Shown one piece after another: positions 27,113-34,761 of a stretch of DNA of 50,498 nucleotides. A program made the translations under genes and the position numbers. Source of the stretch: a virus (Duplodnaviria; Caudoviricetes); IMG/VR virus record IMGVR_UViG_3300020442_000146, positions 1 to 50,498 of that record; one strand, 5' to 3'. The notes beneath the pieces are model-generated. The model was not told the DNA's origin. It was given only the letters and a program-made list of their open reading frames with translations, and searched no databases. Positions within the stretch are counted from its first letter, which is position 1. Each line of letters begins with the position of its first letter.

Positions 27113-29002
27113 CTAAAACGCTTCCTTTGCTCTGCCGTCTTTATCAGTAAACCAGATTTTACCCTCATTTATGGCAATATGACCGCCGCCTAGCAGCCCA
27201 TCCACAGCCTGCTTATATGTTTGTGAAGGATTAGCCACGCCAGCCAACTTACCTTTAAAGTGATCTTTGATTGTTTCTTCATCTATGCACCAATACTTGC
27301 CGCCTGAAGGCCACCCTGCGCCGCTTGGGTTTGGCTTACCTATGTCTTCGCCGCGCAACTGGTAGAACACCTCTTTAAACAGCTTTTGATTTTTGCCAGT
27401 TATGCGAGACTTGATGTTTTCTTCCATTTCTTCTGGTGTCGCTTCACGAATAACGCATGTTGTAACCTGATCGCCGTCTGCGTCTTCTCCAAGCTCAATC
27501 ACTTGCAGAATAAAATTTATTTCTGCGCCTGTTTCTATGTCACGTTGTTTTGTGGCTCTTGCGGTTCTAATGCGCGTTTCATCGTCGAATGAAAGCTCAA
27601 TTTCAGTATCGCAGGCGGCGCGTAAAGAGCTTGCTCCACGAGCGCCGCGAGATGTGTCTTTGCCTGAGTGGTGAACAAGCATAATGTGAATACCTGTTTT
27701 TTCTCTAATTAGGTCTAATCCTGCAATTAGTTTTGACATTGCTGAGTTGTCATTTTCGTCCATGTTACCCAGAGCCGTAGCCCTGGATAGTGTGTCAATC
27801 ACCATCATAGACACTTGCCCACGTTTTTTACTGATTTCTTTGATGATAGCTTCGACTTTTGCAATGTCTTCTTCAGCATCATATAGATTGATTGGGCTTG
27901 GTCTGACCGCTAGATCAACGTCTGTATAATCTGGATATTTTTCTCGCAGTGCTACTAGTCTATTTTGAAACGCTGCGCCGCCTTCAGTAGCGAGATATAG
28001 CACGCTACCTTTGTTGATTCTATTGCCCATCCATTCCCTGCCTGCGGCTATGTGATAAGCTAAACTCATGCAGAAAAAAGATTTACCTACGTTAGATGGC
28101 CCAAACACCACGCTAATTGAGTTTTCTGCAAGCCAACCTTTAGCAATGTATTTGTTATCTAATTGCGGCTTGGCTTGATCTGGAAAGATAACTTCGTCTA
28201 ATAGATTGCGCGGCTTGAGTGCTTTACGAGTAAACTCGATGCCACGAGCAAGCCAGACATCATTCCAGTCATAGCCTTCTGTGTCTGGCAGTATGCTTTC
28301 AACGCCATGATCTGTAAAAGCTTTTTGACATGCTGCCCTGCCTGCTTCGTCGTTATCGCCTGCAATAATGAGTGTGACTTCTGGTTTAACTTCTTTTATT
28401 TCTTGAATAACGTTTGTGATATTGCTTGCGTTGAGTGCGTGAATAACGGGTTTACCTGTTGCTTCTGTGCATACGCAAGCATTTGCCCAACCTTCAGTTA
28501 TGTAGGCAAAGTCTTTAATTGGCCCATTTACGACTGAAAAACAGCCTTTGTATTGCAGACCAAAATTGAATTTTTTCCCGCCGTCTTCATCAATAAACTG
28601 GCTGCCTTGCCTTTTGCCTGTTTTGTCTATGATGGGTATGACTAAATCACCTTCATCTATTTCTGCGTTATGTTGTTTGATTTTTTTTCGCGTTAGATAT
28701 GGGTGAAGCTCTTCCTGTTCTGGAAAGTGTACCACTGTTGTTGCCTCTGTTTTGTCTGGGTAAATTTTCATATCTCTAAGTATTTCTATTATTCTTTTCC
28801 AATCACCGCATTTTCTGCAATTAACCTTAAGTAACCCTTGGTACTCACTAATCCAAAACCGATCAACACCGCCGCAGTTTGGGCAAGCTCCTTTATGCTC
28901 GTTGCCATGTCGTTTTAAATTAAGTGAGCTTATGACTTGCGGCGCGTACTCACTATATATGGGGTCTGGATACTTGCCTTTATCAATACTTTGCGTTACC
29001 AT
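27113..29002 (-). CDS. Primase-helicase (Zn finger + TOPRIM + RepA-like AAA_25 helicase)
   Basis: CPNCGGVDRF...CRKC, TEGWA, IIAGDND, Walker A GPSNVGKS, VIDTL, HHSGKD...ARGASSL. Confidence 0.9.
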   Translation of the reverse strand: MVTQSIDKGKYPDPIYSEYAPQVISSLNLKRHGNEHKGACPNCGGVDRFWISEYQGLLKVNCRKCGDWKRIIEILRDMKIYPDKTEATTVVHFPEQEELHPYLTRKKIKQHNAEIDEGDLVIPIIDKTGKRQGSQFIDEDGGKKFNFGLQYKGCFSVVNGPIKDFAYITEGWANACVCTEATGKPVIHALNASNITNVIQEIKEVKPEVTLIIAGDNDEAGRAACQKAFTDHGVESILPDTEGYDWNDVWLARGIEFTRKALKPRNLLDEVIFPDQAKPQLDNKYIAKGWLAENSISVVFGPSNVGKSFFCMSLAYHIAAGREWMGNRINKGSVLYLATEGGAAFQNRLVALREKYPDYTDVDLAVRPSPINLYDAEEDIAKVEAIIKEISKKRGQVSMMVIDTLSRATALGNMDENDNSAMSKLIAGLDLIREKTGIHIMLVHHSGKDTSRGARGASSLRAACDTEIELSFDDETRIRTARATKQRDIETGAEINFILQVIELGEDADGDQVTTCVIREATPEEMEENIKSRITGKNQKLFKEVFYQLRGEDIGKPNPSGAGWPSGGKYWCIDEETIKDHFKGKLAGVANPSQTYKQAVDGLLGGGHIAINEGKIWFTDKDGRAKEAF

Positions 29003-29052
29003 TGGTTCAGTATTCCTTTGTTTGAATATGTTATGTTTTGTCTAATTAAGAC

Positions 29053-29082
29053 TGCCCCAGATTTAGGTCTGGGGCATTTTTT
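29053..29082 (+). terminator. Hairpin with T tract between ssb and primase-helicase
   Basis: TGCCCCAGA-TTTAGG-TCTGGGGCA-TTTTTT. T tract is on the plus strand. Confidence 0.55.
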
Positions 29083-29085
29083 AGG

Positions 29086-29718
29086 TTAAAACGGTATCTC
29101 ATCATCAAAGAAATCATTATTTGATTCGGACTTTGCAGGTGCAGCATCTTGTTTTGCAGGTGCAGCATCAGCAGCTTTATATCCGTCTGTGCTTTCAAAT
29201 GGATCATTCTCTACACGATCTGCAAGTTCTTTGACTTGAACACCTTTGAGGCGCAGTCCAACGCCAGACACAGCGCCTGTATTATATGCAAACAGTTGAC
29301 CCCAAACATTAACCTTACTGCCTGTTGTAAGCTCAAAGTCTTCAGGTAATTTATTGCTGTCTGCATCTTTCTGTACAGGTGGCCTTGTTTTTTCGCCTGA
29401 GTACGCACCTTTTAGCTTTGCTTTACCTTGCGGCACACCGTCTATTTCTTTGTATGGTGTGTAGGTTGGTTCTGGCTTCCATTTGCGTTTTGTGTCAGCC
29501 TTTGCAGCTTCTTTGTAAACTTCTTTAATTTTATCAAGAAACTCTTGAGCGTCTTGATTGCTCATTTCGAAGTCTAGCGTGTAAGCTGCGCCGTCATCTA
29601 ATGGGCTACATGGCGTGGTTTTGTTTTCCATTGTGTCAAACTTGTAAGTTTGATTTAGTCTTGGATATTTTGCCGTAACGTTTTCAAATACGACTTGATT
29701 TGTATTAAGCATTTTCAT
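29086..29718 (-). CDS. Single-stranded DNA-binding protein (T7 gp2.5-like)
   Basis: GVGLRLKGVQV motif and acidic DDEIPF tail. Confidence 0.8.
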   Translation of the reverse strand: MKMLNTNQVVFENVTAKYPRLNQTYKFDTMENKTTPCSPLDDGAAYTLDFEMSNQDAQEFLDKIKEVYKEAAKADTKRKWKPEPTYTPYKEIDGVPQGKAKLKGAYSGEKTRPPVQKDADSNKLPEDFELTTGSKVNVWGQLFAYNTGAVSGVGLRLKGVQVKELADRVENDPFESTDGYKAADAAPAKQDAAPAKSESNNDFFDDEIPF

Positions 29719-29738
29719 TTTTATACTCCTTTGTCTAA

Positions 29739-30569
29739 TTAAAATGCTGCATCTTCCATGTCATCTTCTAGCCATGCAGGAAGATGTACTTGGTTGATTT
29801 CGGGCCAACCTGTAGAAAAGTCTTGCGACGCTTCGGCGTGCTTCATCTTTTCTAAAGTTTGGATCATTCTTTTTTCTGCGTGCTTTATGTATATTTCTGA
29901 CAGCACATGAACGCCAACTGCATATGGCGGCGTTTTTTCTATTGCGACTAGGTACATCTCTGAGCATGGCAGGGAAGCACAGCGCATGGTATGTAAGTAG
30001 AACGCAATTTGCAAATCATAATTATACTTGCGTAGCTCTCGCTGAAAGCCATTAGGCGAAGCATCATGCGTTGTTTTGATGTCAAGTATTTCGCCTTTGC
30101 CTTTGTCACTCTCTGGTATAATAAGCCCATCTGGTCTGCACTTAATAAGCATTCCTGTCTTTTTGCAGCGCGTAAATATACTAGCTTCTGATATAAAATT
30201 TTTGTTGCTGATTTTGCTGCGTAAAAACTCTGAGTTAAACAGTGCGCTTTCTGCTATTTCCAAAGCTGTGTCATAGTCGCGCTCTGTTAATAATATTTTG
30301 CCTTGCTGCTCTGCTTGCTGCTTAGCTTCTTTCCACTTATTGCCGCGCCTGTCTGATGGACCACGCACAACGGCTTGCTTTTCGTATTCTAGGATAAGCG
30401 AATGCACAGCTTTACCCATTTCCAGGGTTGGGCTTTCTTTATATTCTTGGCCTACCCAGTGAAGCAGGGATTTGCCATAAACTGTTTTAACATCACTGCT
30501 TGATATGTGCGGATGCTTTTTCTTATCGTGATACTCGTAGTCGGGCATCTCGTAATCAATGTTTGTCAT
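29739..30569 (-). CDS. PD-(D/E)XK exonuclease (RecE/ExoVIII, DUF3799-like)
   Basis: ISSSDVK, GKAVHSLILE, KCRPDG...DIKT, YDLQIAFY. Likely start MTNIDY at 30569. Confidence 0.85.
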   Translation of the reverse strand: MTNIDYEMPDYEYHDKKKHPHISSSDVKTVYGKSLLHWVGQEYKESPTLEMGKAVHSLILEYEKQAVVRGPSDRRGNKWKEAKQQAEQQGKILLTERDYDTALEIAESALFNSEFLRSKISNKNFISEASIFTRCKKTGMLIKCRPDGLIIPESDKGKGEILDIKTTHDASPNGFQRELRKYNYDLQIAFYLHTMRCASLPCSEMYLVAIEKTPPYAVGVHVLSEIYIKHAEKRMIQTLEKMKHAEASQDFSTGWPEINQVHLPAWLEDDMEDAAF

Positions 30570-30960
30570 TCCAGTGTTCCCTTGCAACATAGACGAAGCC
30601 TTCCCAGTCCATCCTAATTTTTTCATCATGTAAAGCGCCGTCTTTCATTAAATGCTCCAGACGCATAACCACTGTTATGGGTTGCCTGTCGTACTTATAG
30701 ATAAGCACTGGCTCTTTACTTGCTGCGTTTGCAGCTTTCTCTACTTGATCCCACCAAGCTTTTTGATAGGTGTGACCTTTGCCTGCATAGCGTTTGCATT
30801 CGATAACATAAGGCCAACTTTCGTCGCTAACCAATATGTCTCCATGATCTGCTGCACGATACTGCTCTATATCGCGTTTTGCTTTTATGCCTAGATCAAG
30901 TTCCAATGCTCTACAAATATCTCGCTCGAAGCCTGCCCCTTTGTTACGACTGTTGACCAT
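30556..30960 (-). CDS. Holliday junction resolvase-like PD-(D/E)XK nuclease
   Basis: SRNKGAGFER...GDI...IECKR. Likely start MVNSRNK at 30960. Confidence 0.75.
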   Translation of the reverse strand: MVNSRNKGAGFERDICRALELDLGIKAKRDIEQYRAADHGDILVSDESWPYVIECKRYAGKGHTYQKAWWDQVEKAANAASKEPVLIYKYDRQPITVVMRLEHLMKDGALHDEKIRMDWEGFVYVAREHWNDKH

Positions 30961-31111
30961 CAACACGTTCGCCATGTTCTTGCAGATGTAAAACAATCGC
31001 GTCTTCTATTGCTTTTGATTTGCTCAGTCGATTCGCCTTTGCAAAATCTTTAATCGCCTCGTTAACATCATCTCGCAGATGTATCAGAACGGGCTTTATT
31101 TCATTACTCAT
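30944..31111 (-). CDS. Ribbon-helix-helix (Arc/CopG-like) regulator (55 aa, not in ORF track)
   Basis: MSNEIKPVLIHLRDDVNEAIKDFAKANRLSKSKAIEDAIVLHL..., GGAG RBS, first gene of the replication operon. Confidence 0.6.
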   Translation of the reverse strand: MSNEIKPVLIHLRDDVNEAIKDFAKANRLSKSKAIEDAIVLHLQEHGERVDGQQS

Positions 31112-31132
31112 TTTGTTCTCCGTAAAAATAGT

Positions 31133-31172
31133 TTGACAATATCTAGCTAATATAATATCAATATCGTGTCAA
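31133..31172. promoter_or_regulatory. Overlapping divergent promoters
   Basis: TTGACA on plus (31133-38) and on minus (31172-67) flanking an AT-rich core, between divergent operons. Confidence 0.55.
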
Positions 31173-31189
31173 TAGCAATGGGAGTTATT

Positions 31190-31372
31190 ATGACAAAACT
31201 AGAAAAATACTCAAAGGCGTATTATTGCGCCGCTTCGAATGCGGAGGCGCTTCGTGCTTTTGCAGAAACTTTTGGATCGAAAAACCCTGCACTTCTACAT
31301 GTTGTGGAGGATGTTTGTAGATCAATAGACTTAATGGACAAATACATAATGGAGAATAGAAATGGCTATTAA
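31190..31372 (+). CDS. Hypothetical protein upstream of Cas7-like gene
   Basis: Likely start MTKLEK at 31190 after GGAG. Overlaps the next gene. Confidence 0.6.
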   Translation: MTKLEKYSKAYYCAASNAEALRAFAETFGSKNPALLHVVEDVCRSIDLMDKYIMENRNGY

Positions 31373-32144
31373 AAAAGCACCATCATCAACTACACTAGAA
31401 ATTCAACCACTCAAGCAAGGTCGCGTTAAATTACGCATGATGGGTACAACCCCATTGTATTTTAACAGCATGAGCAGCAAAGCCATGCGTGACTTGTTGG
31501 TTGGTGCAGGCAAGAAGACGGCTGCACAAAAGAAAGAAATTAAGCACAATCCAGAACAAGAGTTTCGTGAGAGTGTTTATAAAAAACAGCATGGCGAGAC
31601 ATTGCTATGCTTTCCTGCACCTGGAGTAAAAGGTGCAATGGCAACAGCGGCATTAGAGACAGACGGTATTACCAAGTCTAGTGTGCAACGTCTTATCTTT
31701 TTGCCAGAAACACATATTCAGATTTGGGGTAAGCCTCAGTTAAAGATTGATGTTGTTAGGTCTGCTGACATGAACAAGACGCCAGACATGCGTACAAGAG
31801 CATACTTGCCGCGCTGGTGTGCAGAGGTAGATATAGCCTTTGTGCAGCCCACGTTGTCTGTGTATTCTATTGCGTCACTGTTAACCAATGCAGGATCAGT
31901 GGTCGGCATAGGTGACTTTAGACAAGAGAAGGGTCGTGGCTCATTTGGTTGTTTTCATGTTTTGACAGAAGACAGTATGGGCGACTACCAAGAGGATTGG
32001 GATAGTCTGATGCTTGAAGCTCGTGATGTCCAACAAGAGGCATTAGACAATCCTGAGTACGCTGATCCAGACACAGAAAGTCTAATGCAGTTTATGCAGG
32101 AAGAGCGTGCAAGGCGTGACATTACACTTGTTGCGGCAGAATAA
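31362..32144 (+). CDS. Stand-alone Cas7/RAMP-like RNA-binding protein (Vipr-like)
   Basis: RAMP-type motifs in order: first strand ending GTTPL, FPAPGVKGAM (cf. IPGSSLKGA), and C-terminal G-rich loop GIGDFRQEKGRGSFGCF. Adjacent to a repeat array. Confidence 0.75.
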   Translation: MAIKKAPSSTTLEIQPLKQGRVKLRMMGTTPLYFNSMSSKAMRDLLVGAGKKTAAQKKEIKHNPEQEFRESVYKKQHGETLLCFPAPGVKGAMATAALETDGITKSSVQRLIFLPETHIQIWGKPQLKIDVVRSADMNKTPDMRTRAYLPRWCAEVDIAFVQPTLSVYSIASLLTNAGSVVGIGDFRQEKGRGSFGCFHVLTEDSMGDYQEDWDSLMLEARDVQQEALDNPEYADPDTESLMQFMQEERARRDITLVAAE

Positions 32145-32145
32145 A

Positions 32146-32169
32146 GAGTGGGGCAGCAATGCCCCATTC
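32146..32169 (+). promoter_or_regulatory. GNRA-capped hairpin at the 5' end of the array
   Basis: GAGTGGGGCA-GCAA-TGCCCCATTC immediately after the stop codon. Confidence 0.6.
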
Positions 32170-32173
32170 ATTT

Positions 32174-32574
32174 GGTCAAGGTTAGTCGGTCGAGGCGGGG
32201 ATCGCAAGTTCTGTTAAGTTCGGGTACGGACGGGCGTGTTATGGCGGTCGAGTCATGTTAAGTTCGGGTCTGTTTAGTTGCGTTCGGTTAAGGCGGTCAA
32301 GTCGGGGCGGGGTGATGTACGGTACGGCGTGTTACGTTAAGTCGGGTTCAGGCGGTCGAGTTTAGGTTGGTTGAGGTTTAGCGAGTTGTGGCCTGATAAG
32401 GCGGTCCCGTTCGGGTTTGTTCTGGTACGCTTGGTTAGGTTTGGTCAGATCTGGCGGTTTAGGTGCGGTCGGTCTCGTTACGGCTTTGTGTGGTCCGTTA
32501 CGTTTTGGCTGGGCGCGGCAAGGCGGTCGACACAAGTCAAGTCAGGGTTAGATGAGGCACGTTAAGGCGGTCAA
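32174..32574 (+). repeat. Non-coding G(G/T)Y-NN pentamer array, 7 units delimited by GGCGGT(C/T) (putative guide-RNA array)
   Basis: Delimiters at 32185 (GTCGGTC), 32243, 32292, 32351, 32400, 32453, 32522, 32566. In units 2-7, 46 of 54 pentamers begin G(G/T)Y and all 54 have a pyrimidine at position 3. Confidence 0.85.
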
Positions 32575-32592
32575 ATTAAAAGGAGTAAAATT

Positions 32593-33090
32593 ATGGCTGG
32601 ATTTAAAAAGAAAGATAGACAGAGAATAATAGATGAATACTTAGCGGCAACGGGTAAAAACATGTTTCACCCTGCCGAGTTTGTAGACTGGTTAAAAGAC
32701 AAGCCAGAGCATGAAGCGTATGATTTATTTTATTCTATGAACGATGAAGACGCAGCTAGGCAATGGCGTGTGCAGATGGCAAGGCAAATGGCAAGCGGTT
32801 TGCGTATTGTTGTGAATCATTCTGATCCAGATCAAAAGACTGTTAACATAACGGTACGAGAGTATCCTGCATTTGTTAGTCCTGCGAAAGATCGTAGGCA
32901 GGGCGGTGGTTATCATGCTTTTGATCCAGATGATGAAATATTGCAGCAAGAGTTGCGTAGACAAGCTGCGGTAGGATTGGCATCATGGCTAAACCGATAC
33001 CGTGGTTGCGCTGAAAATATTGGCTTGGATATGCAGCCAATTGAAAGTATTGCAGAGGTCTTACGAGGTGTAGAAGAAGACGCCGCTTAA
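32593..33090 (+). CDS. Hypothetical protein downstream of the array (candidate accessory protein)
   Basis: 165 aa, AAGGAG RBS directly after the last delimiter. H..YDLF...DEDAARQWR..MARQM motif. Confidence 0.7.
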   Translation: MAGFKKKDRQRIIDEYLAATGKNMFHPAEFVDWLKDKPEHEAYDLFYSMNDEDAARQWRVQMARQMASGLRIVVNHSDPDQKTVNITVREYPAFVSPAKDRRQGGGYHAFDPDDEILQQELRRQAAVGLASWLNRYRGCAENIGLDMQPIESIAEVLRGVEEDAA

Positions 33091-33225
33091 ATAGGTATTA
33101 TGTAATGAAGTGCAAAACGTGTAATAATAAAAAATATATTGAGGTAGAAGTAACGTATCCAGTGTCGTTCTTACCAGGTGTTGGTTACGTTTCTAAGGAA
33201 AGACAACCATGTAAGGAGTGTAGTA

Positions 33226-33408
33226 ATGGCAGAGATTACTCCAGCAGATCAAGCAATGCTGAAGCACCTACGTCAGATGGTGGATCGATTGCAGGACGAA
33301 GAGTTTAGACTAGACGCGCATCCAAACGTAAAACAGGATTTATTTAGAGCGCGACAAGAGCTTAAACAGTTTACGTCTGATCTAAGACAAAAAGGTGTAA
33401 ACATATGA
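33226..33408 (+). CDS. Hypothetical protein
   Basis: Likely start MAEITP at 33226 after AAGGAG. Confidence 0.6.
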   Translation: MAEITPADQAMLKHLRQMVDRLQDEEFRLDAHPNVKQDLFRARQELKQFTSDLRQKGVNI

Positions 33409-33650
33409 GTACGCACACGCTTAAGGCAAAGCGTAGGCATCCAGACGTTATGCGTCAGCATATACAGGTTGGACATATAACCTTTGAGTTTTGCAGAAAA
33501 AACAAAACCTTTGCTTTGATTGCAGGTGATGCAGAGCAAGCAAAAGATAGACGCCCGTTGTTCACAGGCTTTATAGAGCAGGGCATGGACGTAGAGCTAA
33601 GACGGCTTGCGTCTGTTTTTAAACAAATATTGGAGCAAGATAATGACTGA
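33405..33650 (+). CDS. Hypothetical protein
   Basis: 81 aa, ATGA-coupled. Confidence 0.6.
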   Translation: MSTHTLKAKRRHPDVMRQHIQVGHITFEFCRKNKTFALIAGDAEQAKDRRPLFTGFIEQGMDVELRRLASVFKQILEQDND

Positions 33651-33804
33651 AGAAGAGATAGCGAAAATCTGGAAAGACATGGTTAAAGATGAGAAAGACA
33701 AACATCGCAAAGCTTTGCATGGTTCTGCAAAAAGTATCACTCAGGAAAATAAGTTTAAGTTGTTGAAAAACAATAGAAAAAGAAATCGTGAGGAAGCTCA
33801 GTAA
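33643..33804 (+). CDS. Hypothetical basic protein
   Basis: Likely start MTEEEIAK at 33643. Confidence 0.5.
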   Translation: MTEEEIAKIWKDMVKDEKDKHRKALHGSAKSITQENKFKLLKNNRKRNREEAQ

Positions 33805-33887
33805 CAAAAACTTATTATGAGAGCAGGAAAAGTATAACGCTAAAGGCTTCCTCTGCAAACATAATAACATATTAGAAAGTACAGGCA

Positions 33888-34553
33888 ATGTTGTTTTTAA
33901 ATAAAATTAAACCAATTTTGTTAGATGTATATATGCCTGAAGAGCTTGAGGGGTATGATTTTGTTTGCAAAACAGGCAACGATAAAAAGCCTTTTATGAA
34001 ACCAAATAAAAATAAATTTGGTGACATATCGTCTTGCTTTGGATTAGTCGAAATGCAGAAGCGTTCGCTAACTATAAAAGCATGGCAACAGATAGACGTT
34101 ATACAAGACGATAATCAAATTAAGTTTGAGCCTGCTAACGATCAATACTTTGGTAGCGAATTGCACACGCATCAGACGTGTGGTTTTGCAGAAAAAGAAA
34201 ACATCGAGGTTATTAAGATAGCGCCGCCCATAGCTATAACGTGTAATGAAAGTATGAACTTTTTATATACAGCAAGTCCTTTTGCGTATCATCCGCTTAA
34301 CATTATTAGTGGCATTAATAATTTAAAGTATAACTGCCAGACAAATGTTTTTATTTATTTTGAAAAAGGCAAAAAACTTAATTACACAATAAAACCTTTG
34401 TCACCGCTCATGCACATAGTTCCACTGAGCAACAGACCTATAAAGCTAAACTATATTTATGATTGGCAAAAAACTGTGAAAATGTTGAGCGTTAAAAAAT
34501 ATCAAATGTTTAAGAAAAACAAAATGTATAGAAGAATGAAACTGTTAGGATAG
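33888..34553 (+). CDS. Hypothetical protein, AT-rich
   Basis: 221-aa ORF with composition visibly more AT-rich than its neighbours. Confidence 0.6.
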   Translation: MLFLNKIKPILLDVYMPEELEGYDFVCKTGNDKKPFMKPNKNKFGDISSCFGLVEMQKRSLTIKAWQQIDVIQDDNQIKFEPANDQYFGSELHTHQTCGFAEKENIEVIKIAPPIAITCNESMNFLYTASPFAYHPLNIISGINNLKYNCQTNVFIYFEKGKKLNYTIKPLSPLMHIVPLSNRPIKLNYIYDWQKTVKMLSVKKYQMFKKNKMYRRMKLLG

Positions 34554-34557
34554 TAAC

Positions 34558-34761
34558 ATGGATTATTATACCCTATTAACCATATTCTACACAGTCGCTG
34601 AACATGAGGTACATTTAAGAATTTGGTTTACAAGTGAAGACGATTGTTGGCGTGTATTATTAGAGAGCGGATTGTACGAAGAAGTAAAAGCAACATCAGG
34701 TCATTGTGACGTAAGCGAGGTCGTGTCACGAATAGTTAAACCAAAACTTAGGCCGTGGTAA
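34558..34761 (+). CDS. Hypothetical protein
   Basis: 67 aa ending VKPKLRPW. Confidence 0.55.
   Translation: MDYYTLLTIFYTVAEHEVHLRIWFTSEDDCWRVLLESGLYEEVKATSGHCDVSEVVSRIVKPKLRPW

Noticed and set aside
32453-32521. Unit 6 NN string (..AC-TT-TG-GC-AA) as a self-target on capsid TLCAK codons
   Set aside because: The capsid Leu codon is CTT and the upstream pairs do not match, so it is likely chance.
32371-32565. 64-aa plus-strand ORF inside the array
   Set aside because: TTG start without an RBS. The R/G/F/V composition is a by-product of the GT-rich 5-nt periodicity, which is out of phase with codons.
32174-32574. Canonical CRISPR array or simple microsatellite
   Set aside because: The shared delimiter is only 7 nt, and the intervening sequence is itself periodic with variable dinucleotides. 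There are no 23-47-nt direct repeats and no identical tandem units.
33105-33308. 67-aa CxxC...CxxC ORF
   Set aside because: The N-terminal zinc-finger part may be a real small gene, but it overlaps the next ORF substantially. Left uncalled.
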